Shown here: in pieces, positions 9,581 through 16,994 of the stretch
Layout: each line of letters starts with the position of its first letter
Numbering within the stretch: position 1 is the first letter of the stretch
DNA from: Candidatus Dormiibacterota bacterium
GTDB taxonomy: Bacteria > Chloroflexota > Dormibacteria > Aeolococcales > Aeolococcaceae
Reading direction: 5' to 3'
DNA: 64,000 nt
Assembly (NCBI GenBank): GCA_036833315.1
Contig: DAITPY010000005.1
Coordinates: 1,576 to 65,575, forward strand
Program-made: the position numbers and the translations under genes
The notes under the pieces: model-generated
Told to the model about the DNA's origin: nothing
Databases searched by the model: none
Seen by the model: only the letters and a program-made list of their open reading frames with translations

Positions 9581-10690
9581 TCACGCTCTGATCCCGGTGA
9601 CGTTGTAGGCCTGGATGGGCTGGGGGAAGCCCTTGAGCTGCAAAGGGCCGACCGGTTCGACGTCGACCAGGTCGGTGATCGCGGCATATGCCTTCGGCGC
9701 GAGCAGGATCTGGCCACCCGCAGCCTGAGCACAGAGCCGAGCTGCGAGATTCACGACCGTCCCGGTGGCGCGATAGTCGAACCGGCCCTCGAAGCCCACC
9801 CGGCCGAGCGTGGCATGTCCCTCGGCGATGCCGACACCGACATCGAGGTCGTAGCCGTTCAAGCGCCAGCCACGAGCGAGCGCGTTGGTCGCGTCGCGGG
9901 AATCGACGGCCATCCGCACCGCCTGCGCCGTGTGGTCGACGCAGGGCACCGGGTCGTTGACGATCGCCATGATCGAGTCTCCGACGAACTGCTCGAGCGT
10001 CGCCTGATAGTCGAGGATGAGATGGCCGACCGTGCCGTAGAACTGGTTCAGCACGCTCATCGTCTCCTCGGGCTCCGCCGTCGCCGAGAACGCGGTGAAG
10101 CCCCTGAGGTCCCAGAACACGATGGTCACCTCGCGCCGATGGGTCTCGAGCATCTGGCCGCCGCCGTCCAGGATGACCTCAGCAACCTGCGGGGAGAAGA
10201 AGCGGCGCAACCGGTCGAGGCCCTCGAGCTCCGCCACCTGACGCTGTACGCGATCCTCGAGGGTCCGGTTCAAGTCGGCGAGCTCGGCCGCCTGCGCCTG
10301 GATGGTGTCGTGATACGTCTTGATCCGCAGCAGCGATCGCACCCGGCTGAGCAGCTCCGAGGGATTGAACGGCCGGGCGATGAAATCATCGGCCCCCGCC
10401 TCGATAGTGTCGACCTTGTCCTGATCACCGCTCGAGGTCATCATCACCACCGGCAGGAGGCGCGTCTCCGGATCCTCGCGCAGACGGCGGCACACCTCGT
10501 AGCCCGAGATGTCGGGCATCACGATGTCGAGGAGGACCAGGTCGGGGCGCTCGGTGCGCACCTTCTCGAGACCGTCGAGACCGGAGTGCGCGAGCACCAC
10601 CGAATAGCCGCGTGGGGACAGCATCGCCTCGAGCAAGCGTGCGTTCTGGGGCGTGTCGTCGACCACCAGGACCTTCGCGGTCTGATCCAT
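9581..10690 (-). CDS. Response-regulator receiver domain fused to class III nucleotidyl (adenylate/guanylate) cyclase
   Basis: N-terminal REC: KVLVVDDTPQNARLLEAML...DLVLLDIVMPDISGYEV...VVMMTS. C-terminal CHD cyclase: VTIVFWDLRGFT (metal Asp), FVGDSIMAIV (second metal Asp), FDYRATGTVVNLAARL. Start ATG at 10690 overlaps the upstream gene's stop by 1 nt. Confidence 0.85.
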   Translation of the reverse strand: MDQTAKVLVVDDTPQNARLLEAMLSPRGYSVVLAHSGLDGLEKVRTERPDLVLLDIVMPDISGYEVCRRLREDPETRLLPVVMMTSSGDQDKVDTIEAGADDFIARPFNPSELLSRVRSLLRIKTYHDTIQAQAAELADLNRTLEDRVQRQVAELEGLDRLRRFFSPQVAEVILDGGGQMLETHRREVTIVFWDLRGFTAFSATAEPEETMSVLNQFYGTVGHLILDYQATLEQFVGDSIMAIVNDPVPCVDHTAQAVRMAVDSRDATNALARGWRLNGYDLDVGVGIAEGHATLGRVGFEGRFDYRATGTVVNLAARLCAQAAGGQILLAPKAYAAITDLVDVEPVGPLQLKGFPQPIQAYNVTGIRA

Positions 10691-11088
10691 CAGCCGCCAC
10701 CTCGCGACCGGTTGCAGTAGGCGAGTATCTCGCCCGGAAAGCTCTTGACGTCGATCGGTTTCATGATCGAGCCGTCGAAACCGGCATGGGTGAATCGCTC
10801 GCGATCGGCCGGCATCACCGAGGCTGTCACCGCGACCACGCCGATGCCCGCGGTGAGTGGATCCGCCCTGAGGTGCTCCAGCGCGGTGACACCGTCCATC
10901 CCAGGAAGTTCGATGTCCATGAGGATGAGGTCCGGCGCGTTCGTCGACGCCAGCTCGAGCCCGGTCTCGGCGTCACCGGCCTCCAGCGTGCGAAAGCCAT
11001 GGTACTGAAGGAGATCGCGGACGAGTTTGAGGTTCTTCTCGTTGTCCTCGACGATGAGAATCAGCTGACCATCGGCGAGCGGACTCAT
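10690..11088 (-). CDS. Stand-alone response regulator (REC domain only)
   Basis: True start is the internal MSPLADGQLILIVEDNEKNLKL... of the 175-aa ORF. Phospho-acceptor context DLILMDIELPGMDG, and the protein ends after the REC domain. ATGA start/stop overlap with the upstream kinase at 11085-11088. Confidence 0.8.
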   Translation of the reverse strand: MSPLADGQLILIVEDNEKNLKLVRDLLQYHGFRTLEAGDAETGLELASTNAPDLILMDIELPGMDGVTALEHLRADPLTAGIGVVAVTASVMPADRERFTHAGFDGSIMKPIDVKSFPGEILAYCNRSRGGG

Positions 11089-12719
11089 GTCACGCGCGCC
11101 GCCGCAACCTCGGGCGTGGCATCCCTTGCATCGTCTGGGCCGGTGGAAGTGATCGCCTGGGCGCGTGGCAACGTGAAGGTGAATGTGCTCCCCTTTCCTG
11201 GCGCGCTCTCCACCCACAGGCGGCCGCCGTGCAGCTCGACGATGCGCCTCGTCAGGGCCAGGCCAAGTCCGGTGCCCTCCTGCGCGTTCGACCCGCCCGC
11301 CTGCTCGAACTCCTCGAAGATCCGTGCCTGGTCAGCCATCGCGATCCCGGCCCCATCATCGCGGACGCTGACGACCACTCCGTCCGCCTCAGCGCGTGCT
11401 GTGACTTCCACATGTCCACCGCGGTCGGTGAACTTCAACGCATTGGTGAGCAGGTTGAAGAGCACCTGCTTGAGCTTCCGCTCGTCCGCTTCGAGAACTC
11501 CGCTGCCCGGGTCGACATCGAGCTGCAGGCTGATCCCGCTGCGCGTGGCGCGCTCGCGCATTAGTGCCACCGAGCTCTCGATCACGTCGGAGAGCGTGAC
11601 ATCGCTGACCTGCAGCTCCATCCTCCCAGCCTCGATCTTCGAGAGGTCGAGAATGTCGTTGATCAGCGCCAGGAGGTGGCGTCCCGACGTGTGGATGTCG
11701 GTGATGTAGTCGGCCTGCTTCTCGTTGAGATCACCGAAGAGGCGATCGAGGAGCACCTCGGAGAAGCCGATCACCGCGTTTAGCGGGGTGCGCAGCTCGT
11801 GCGACATGCTCGCCAGGAACTCCGACTTGTGCCGGCTGGCGCTCTCGAGCTCTCTGTACAGCCGCCCCAGCTCCTCGTTGGTCCGGTTGAGGTTCGCAGC
11901 CAGCAGGCCAAGTTCGTCGCGATTGGGCACCTCCACATGGCCCGAGAAATCCCCTTCGGCGATCGCAGCGAGTCGCGTGTTCACGCGCTTGAGGGGCCCG
12001 ACGAGCGACCACGAAAGAATGAAGCCGAGCAGCAGCGCCAGGACGACGGTCGCCGCGGCAACCGCGATGAAGAGGTGCTCCGAGTCCGCGTAGGCGGTTG
12101 TGTTCGCGGCGATCAGCGCAGCCGTGTCCCCTGTGGTGGTATTCACGAGCTGCTCGCTGAGCAGAGTCAAATCGTTGGCTTTTGGTTCGCCCTCTGAGGA
12201 CTGCAGTTGCAGAGCCTGGTTCGGCTTTCCTGCCGCGTCCAGCTTGAGGATGTCCGCAGCCACACGCGAGAATTGCACGTAGTCGCTCCGGATCTGGGTC
12301 AGCACCGCCCTCTCTGCGTCAGGCGGCACGAATCCCAGCTGCGAACTGTCGGAGGCTGGGCCGATTTGAGTGAGCACCGTCTGGATCGCTCCGTCCAGCG
12401 CCGAGCTTGCCCCGAGCGAGGTCGTCCCTCCGGTGAAGGTGTTGAGATCCTGACCGCCGGCGCGCAGCCCCACCAGCAGGCGCAGCTCGGAGGCATAGGT
12501 CTCGAGCTTCTGATAGGCGGCCGTCCGCTGCTGCAGCTTGCCGAGCGTCTCGATGCGGTCGTTCGAGTCGCCGAGGACGCGAAGGCCGAGGACGCCGACG
12601 GTTACCAGCAGGACGACGATGCTCACGAAGGCGACGAGAAGCTTGCGGTTGACCGTGGCCGGCACGCGCGCGACTGCACGCACGACGGGGTTGTCGTCCG
12701 GGTTCAGGAACGAGGGCAA
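11085..12719 (-). CDS. Sensor histidine kinase (TM-periplasmic-TM-HAMP-HisKA-HATPase_c)
   Basis: TM1: LLVAFVSIVVLLVTVGVLGL. TM2: AVAAATVVLALLLGFILSW. HAMP: LKRVNTRLAAIAEGDFSGHV. HisKA: SEFLASMSHELRTPLNAVIGFSEVL. HATPase_c: NLLTNALKFTDRGGHVEV...DDGAGI...GTGLGLAL. Confidence 0.85.
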   Translation of the reverse strand: MPSFLNPDDNPVVRAVARVPATVNRKLLVAFVSIVVLLVTVGVLGLRVLGDSNDRIETLGKLQQRTAAYQKLETYASELRLLVGLRAGGQDLNTFTGGTTSLGASSALDGAIQTVLTQIGPASDSSQLGFVPPDAERAVLTQIRSDYVQFSRVAADILKLDAAGKPNQALQLQSSEGEPKANDLTLLSEQLVNTTTGDTAALIAANTTAYADSEHLFIAVAAATVVLALLLGFILSWSLVGPLKRVNTRLAAIAEGDFSGHVEVPNRDELGLLAANLNRTNEELGRLYRELESASRHKSEFLASMSHELRTPLNAVIGFSEVLLDRLFGDLNEKQADYITDIHTSGRHLLALINDILDLSKIEAGRMELQVSDVTLSDVIESSVALMRERATRSGISLQLDVDPGSGVLEADERKLKQVLFNLLTNALKFTDRGGHVEVTARAEADGVVVSVRDDGAGIAMADQARIFEEFEQAGGSNAQEGTGLGLALTRRIVELHGGRLWVESAPGKGSTFTFTLPRAQAITSTGPDDARDATPEVAAARVT

Positions 12720-12720
12720 G

Positions 12721-13233
12721 TCAAGGGCTCAGGATCGGGGTGGCCGAGACCGAGTTGGTGATCATCCATCGACCGTGGATGCGTCCGACTGTGACCTGGG
12801 AACCCACGACCACGACCACCTTGCGGGTGGCGACATCCACGTAGTGGCACTCGAAGTACAGGGTGCCGGTGTTGCCGCTGACGGTGATGCGGATCTTGTA
12901 CGCGGGCGTATCCGAGACCCAGATGTTCCCAGCTTTGAACGGTGCTGCCTTGGTTGCGAAAAAGGTTCGTATCTGGTCCTTGCCCGAGTACGTCTGGGGG
13001 CCTATCTGAAACGTGGCGTTGTCAGCCCAGAGGCTCATCATCAGATCGACGTCCTTCATGGATGCGGCCTTGTGCCAGGTCGCCTCGATCTGGTCGATGG
13101 CGTACAGGTCCGCCTTCTTCTGCAGGGCGGCCATCTGTACCGCCGCCTGCGTCGCCGACGCCTGGTCCGAGCCGCACCCGGCGACGACCACTCCCGCTGC
13201 GACCATGCCGCATATCACCAGAACCCGTTTCAC
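12721..13233 (-). CDS. NTF2-like / SnoaL-like (DUF4440-type) lipoprotein
   Basis: Signal peptide with lipobox (VKRVLVICGMVAAGVVVAGCGS), followed by a fold-like pattern (WADNATFQIGPQTYSGKDQIRTFF...GTLYFECHYVD...RWMITNS). Stop sits 2 nt upstream of the kinase start. The ORF track extends the N-terminus to 13338; start chosen at a GTG before the signal peptide. Confidence 0.5.
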   Translation of the reverse strand: MKRVLVICGMVAAGVVVAGCGSDQASATQAAVQMAALQKKADLYAIDQIEATWHKAASMKDVDLMMSLWADNATFQIGPQTYSGKDQIRTFFATKAAPFKAGNIWVSDTPAYKIRITVSGNTGTLYFECHYVDVATRKVVVVVGSQVTVGRIHGRWMITNSVSATPILSP

Positions 13234-13347
13234 GATCCTCGCTCCTCCAGCGGCCGTCCGCCTGGGCTGAGCACCTGGCGCGGCGGTCGATGCATCAATA
13301 ACAGAAGTCACAGGGGTCCGTTGTCGCTTCGCCGACACCGCCAGGCG

Positions 13348-16299
13348 TCAGGCGCTCGAGCGCAGCTCCTCCAGGCGGCTGCGCATGCGCGCGGCCATCG
13401 GCACGATGCCCTTCTGGGCGTACATCGCGATGGCGCGTTCGAGTGCCTCTGCGGCGCGATCCGAATCCCCGCCGAGCCGCCAGATCTCGGCGAGGTCGGC
13501 ATATGCGTTGCCGAGCTCCTCGGGCCTCGTCCCGGCCCACTCGATCGACTCGCGCGCCAGCCGTATCGCCTCGTCGCCGTCGCCTTGTCGGGCGAGCAGC
13601 TTCGCGCGGACACCACGCCACAGCACCTGGGTCGCCGCGTCCGTCGGCTGCGCCAGGCGCTGGCTCTCGCCGCTCGCCTCGTCCGCGTCGGCGTACCGCC
13701 CGAGCTCGTAGAGCGCCTCCGCGAGCTCGCCAACGATCGTGGACAGAACGCCCGTCTCGCCGATCGACCGCAGCTCGTCACATGCGGAACGGAGCAGGCG
13801 CTCGCCAGCGGCTATTTCCCCGGCGTAACGCTCGACCAGCGCCTCGTCGCGCGCAGTCCCCACTGCGGTCAATCTGCTCAGCCCGAACTCGTAGAAGGTG
13901 GCACGCGCCTTGTGGATCAGCCGCCGGCCCTCGTCGAAATCGCCCCCCATCGCCCGTAGGAGCCCCTCGATGTCGTCGACGGCGGCATCCTCGACAGGCC
14001 CCTGCGCAAGCGTTCTGAACCACCGCTGAGTCGTCAGGAGCGCCTCGTCGACAGGGATCGAGCCCAGCGCGCTCGACGCGGTGAGGAACAACATCGCCTG
14101 GAGCGCACTCGGGCGATCGCCGGCGTCCCGCGCGGCCGCGAGCAACCGCTCAGCGGCCGAATCCAGGTCGACCATCTCGGTGAGCGCGATCGCGAGCTCG
14201 AGCCGGCGCAGATAGACGAGCGCACGTCCGTCGCGGAGGCGCTCGATCTCAGGTCCGCGTGTTTCGAGCTCGCGACGGATGCGCACGGTATCGGTATCCG
14301 GAACGGTCTGCAAGCTCACGAGCTGATGGATCGCCCATGCACTCAGCTCCGCGGCGCGATCATTGGCGGCGCGGCTCTCCTCGACCGCTTGTGCGACGAG
14401 GCCGAGTGCCCGCTCCATCCCGGTGGCTGCATCGAGGATCGCGGCGGCGAGCAACGGCAGGACGCGAACCCGGGTTGGATCGCCGGGCGGCAACAGCGCC
14501 ACCGCGCGGTTGAGCAGACCTTGGGCGGCAGAGACGTCGCCGCGGTCGTAGGCCCGTGTTCCCGAGCTTGCGAGCAGCTCGGCTGCGCGCTGCCCGGCAT
14601 GGTTCTCGTCCGGCAGGTCGAGCTCGTTGCGATAGAGGGCGGAGCGCTCGAGGTGGTAGGCCAGGATCTCTTCCATCTCGCCAATCCTTTCCGTCGCGAC
14701 ACGCTGCAGCCAGTCGAACAATTTCTCGTGCAGCTCCGCCCGCAGCTGCTTCGACATTGCCTCGTACGCGGCATCACGAAGCAGGACATGTGTGAATCGA
14801 TACCCGTCGTCGCCGGGAAACTGCGCGCGATCGGGACGCACGAACTCCTTGCGCACGAGTGCCAGGAGGACGGCGCCGACATTGGGCCGCACGTCGGCTG
14901 GAACCAGTTCGGTGACCGAGCCGCGGTGGAACAGACGGCCTTCTACCGCGGCGCGTTCGAGCACGATGCGTTCGGCCGGCGCGAGCGAGTCCAGGCGCGC
15001 CGCAAGCAGAGCATGGAGCGTCGGCGGGATGCCGATGTCACCGTCGGCCTGGGCTTGCAGCGCAACGAGCTGTTCGACGAAGAGCGGATTTCCCTCGGCC
15101 GTGTCAAGGATGCGCCGGCGCGTCTCATCGTCGACGTCGCCCGCGAGCTGTGCCGCTTCCTCGGCCGAAAGTGGTTCGAGCGCGAGTACCTCGGCATTCG
15201 GACGAGGTCCGGTCCAGCCCGGTCTCGCGTCGAGGAGCTCGGCGCGACCGGTGCACAGCAGCAACATCGGCGCAGTGGCGAAGTCCGCAACGTATTCCAC
15301 CAGGTCGAGGAACGTGGGCTCGGCCCAGTGCAGGTCATCGAGGACGACGAGGAGCGGCCGGTCGGTCGCGAGCACCTCGAGATAGCGCCGAGCCGCCCAC
15401 TGCGTCTCCTCCTTCGTACCGGCTACGCCGCCGACCCCGATCGCGGCCGCGATGCGATCGGCAACGAGGTCGTCCCCTGCGACAGCGGCTATCCCGTCGC
15501 GCTGCGCGCCGGCGGTCATACGGACCATCTCCGCGAGGGGGAGGTACGTGATCCCTTCGCCGTAAGCCTGGCAGCGGCCGACGACGACGCGAGCCTGGCC
15601 CGAAACGTGTTGCACAAGCTCCCGCGCGAGCCGTGACTTGCCGATTCCGGGTGCGCCGAGCAGTGTGAAGCGCCGTGCGGCATTCGTCCGGACGACCATC
15701 TCGAAGGCGGCTGTGAGCCGAGCAAGCTCATCGCCGCGGCCGACGAATGGCGCGTCGATCCTGCGCGTGAACGCCGGAGCGTCGTCGAGGACGTCGAGGA
15801 GCCGCCAGGCCACGACCGGCTGGCTCTTGCCTTTGGCATTCAGTGGCGCGACCGTTACCGCACTCAGCGCGTCGCGCGCGAAGCGGTAGGTCGCGTCGCC
15901 GAGCAGGATCTCGCCTGCCGATGCGCCCTGCTCGAGCCGCGCCGCCACGTTGACGGCGTCCCCGGTGATGAGTGTCTCGCCTTCCTCGGCAACGACTTCG
16001 CCGGTGTTGATGCCGATCCGCAGCTCGATGCCGAGCGCCGCGACGTTGCGGCGCAACTCGAGTGCCGCGCGAGCCGCTCGCAGCGCGTCATCCTCGTGCA
16101 CGGCGGGCACGCCGAACACCGCCATCACCGCGTCACCGATGAACTTCTCGACCGTCGCGCCGTGCCGTTCGAGCGTGGCGCGTGACACCTCGAAGAAGCG
16201 CGTCATGACCCGGCGCAACGCCTCCGGATCGCTCTGTTCGCCCATAGCCGTGGATCCCGTCACGTCAGCGAAGAGAATCGTCACGGTCTTGCGGACCAC
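13348..16299 (-). CDS. STAND-type multidomain protein: class III adenylate cyclase-AAA/NB-ARC ATPase-TPR repeats
   Basis: Cyclase: TILFADVTGSTAMGE...EKFIGDAVMAVFG...GINTGEVV...GDAVNVAARLE. P-loop NTPase: LLGAPGIGKSRLAREL. Long TPR-like C-terminus, no HTH seen. The ORF track extends to 16620 but the N-terminal ~107 aa are off-composition and overlap the MazF-like gene. Start assigned to the GTG at 16299 (VVRKTVTILF). Confidence 0.8.
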   Translation of the reverse strand: MVRKTVTILFADVTGSTAMGEQSDPEALRRVMTRFFEVSRATLERHGATVEKFIGDAVMAVFGVPAVHEDDALRAARAALELRRNVAALGIELRIGINTGEVVAEEGETLITGDAVNVAARLEQGASAGEILLGDATYRFARDALSAVTVAPLNAKGKSQPVVAWRLLDVLDDAPAFTRRIDAPFVGRGDELARLTAAFEMVVRTNAARRFTLLGAPGIGKSRLARELVQHVSGQARVVVGRCQAYGEGITYLPLAEMVRMTAGAQRDGIAAVAGDDLVADRIAAAIGVGGVAGTKEETQWAARRYLEVLATDRPLLVVLDDLHWAEPTFLDLVEYVADFATAPMLLLCTGRAELLDARPGWTGPRPNAEVLALEPLSAEEAAQLAGDVDDETRRRILDTAEGNPLFVEQLVALQAQADGDIGIPPTLHALLAARLDSLAPAERIVLERAAVEGRLFHRGSVTELVPADVRPNVGAVLLALVRKEFVRPDRAQFPGDDGYRFTHVLLRDAAYEAMSKQLRAELHEKLFDWLQRVATERIGEMEEILAYHLERSALYRNELDLPDENHAGQRAAELLASSGTRAYDRGDVSAAQGLLNRAVALLPPGDPTRVRVLPLLAAAILDAATGMERALGLVAQAVEESRAANDRAAELSAWAIHQLVSLQTVPDTDTVRIRRELETRGPEIERLRDGRALVYLRRLELAIALTEMVDLDSAAERLLAAARDAGDRPSALQAMLFLTASSALGSIPVDEALLTTQRWFRTLAQGPVEDAAVDDIEGLLRAMGGDFDEGRRLIHKARATFYEFGLSRLTAVGTARDEALVERYAGEIAAGERLLRSACDELRSIGETGVLSTIVGELAEALYELGRYADADEASGESQRLAQPTDAATQVLWRGVRAKLLARQGDGDEAIRLARESIEWAGTRPEELGNAYADLAEIWRLGGDSDRAAEALERAIAMYAQKGIVPMAARMRSRLEELRSSA

Positions 16300-16318
16300 C
16301 GGCTGAGTGTAGGGGGCG

Positions 16319-16684
16319 CTACGGCTCGGGGACGACCTCACCAATGGCCCGGCGGATCGCGCGGACGACCTCGTCCATTCGATGACCGTCAACTCGCGGT
16401 CCCAGCGGTCCGCGCACGAGGAAGTCGCGATCGAGGGTGGTGATCTCCTCACAGAACAGAACGCTGTCGAAGGGAACACTCCCGGCTCCGGCTGGAAGGC
16501 GGACGCGGGTCGGCCCGAGGCGCCCCCTCGAAAACAGAGGGACCACGACCAGGTCGTCACGCATGGTGTTGCGGACGTTCTCGGAGACGACCAGCGCCGG
16601 CCGGGGGTGATGCGGATCATCAGGCTGGCCCGGCGTATAGACGTACCAGATCTCGCCCCGACGAGGTTCCGGCGGATGTCGCAC
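16319..16684 (-). CDS. MazF/PemK-family toxin (mRNA interferase)
   Basis: 121 aa: GEIWYVYTPGQPDD...RPALVVSENVRN...DLVVVPLFSRG...FDSVLFCEEITTLDRDFL. The pattern matches PemK/MazF. Confidence 0.7.
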   Translation of the reverse strand: MRHPPEPRRGEIWYVYTPGQPDDPHHPRPALVVSENVRNTMRDDLVVVPLFSRGRLGPTRVRLPAGAGSVPFDSVLFCEEITTLDRDFLVRGPLGPRVDGHRMDEVVRAIRRAIGEVVPEP

Positions 16685-16695
16685 GGTGCGCCCGG

Positions 16696-16947
16696 TCAGG
16701 CGCGTCTCAGCCTGCGACGCACCGACTCACGTCGCACCTGGTGCCAGGCGTCCAGCTCGGCCGGGTCCGTTTCGCCTTCATCGGCAAACTGCAGCTCCAT
16801 GCCTGATCGTTGCTGCGCCGCGGACCAGAGCTGCAACGCCTCATCGACCACCTTGCTGCGATCGGAGTCTTCGTGCGCCTCGACATAGGCGTCGACATCG
16901 CGCACAAGCAGAGGATCGAGCGAGAGGCTGACCTTGATTCTTGGCAT
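16696..16947 (-). CDS. Ribbon-helix-helix (CopG/MazE-like) antitoxin
   Basis: Internal start MPRIKVSLSLDPLLVRDVDAYVEAHEDSDRSKVVDEALQLW is a typical RHH N-terminus. Lies immediately upstream of the MazF-like gene. Confidence 0.6.
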   Translation of the reverse strand: MPRIKVSLSLDPLLVRDVDAYVEAHEDSDRSKVVDEALQLWSAAQQRSGMELQFADEGETDPAELDAWHQVRRESVRRRLRRA

Positions 16948-16994
16948 CCTACCGATGGTAGCAGGATAGGTAGGATGACGAGCCTCGGGCGTCC

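Noticed and set aside
9581-10690. Pycsar-like antiphage pyrimidine-cyclase system (cyclase plus downstream effector)
   Set aside because: The cyclase is fused to a receiver domain and embedded in a two-component operon. The downstream gene is a LOR/Tubby-like protein with no cNMP-binding or TM/TIR effector domain. The architecture does not match, so it is called signalling rather than defence, with the specificity residue flagged separately.
16299-16620. N-terminal 107 codons of the 1090-aa ORF
   Set aside because: Non-protein-like composition (W/S/R/P rich). The region encodes a well-formed MazF/PemK toxin in another frame, and a GTG start sits right before the cyclase domain.
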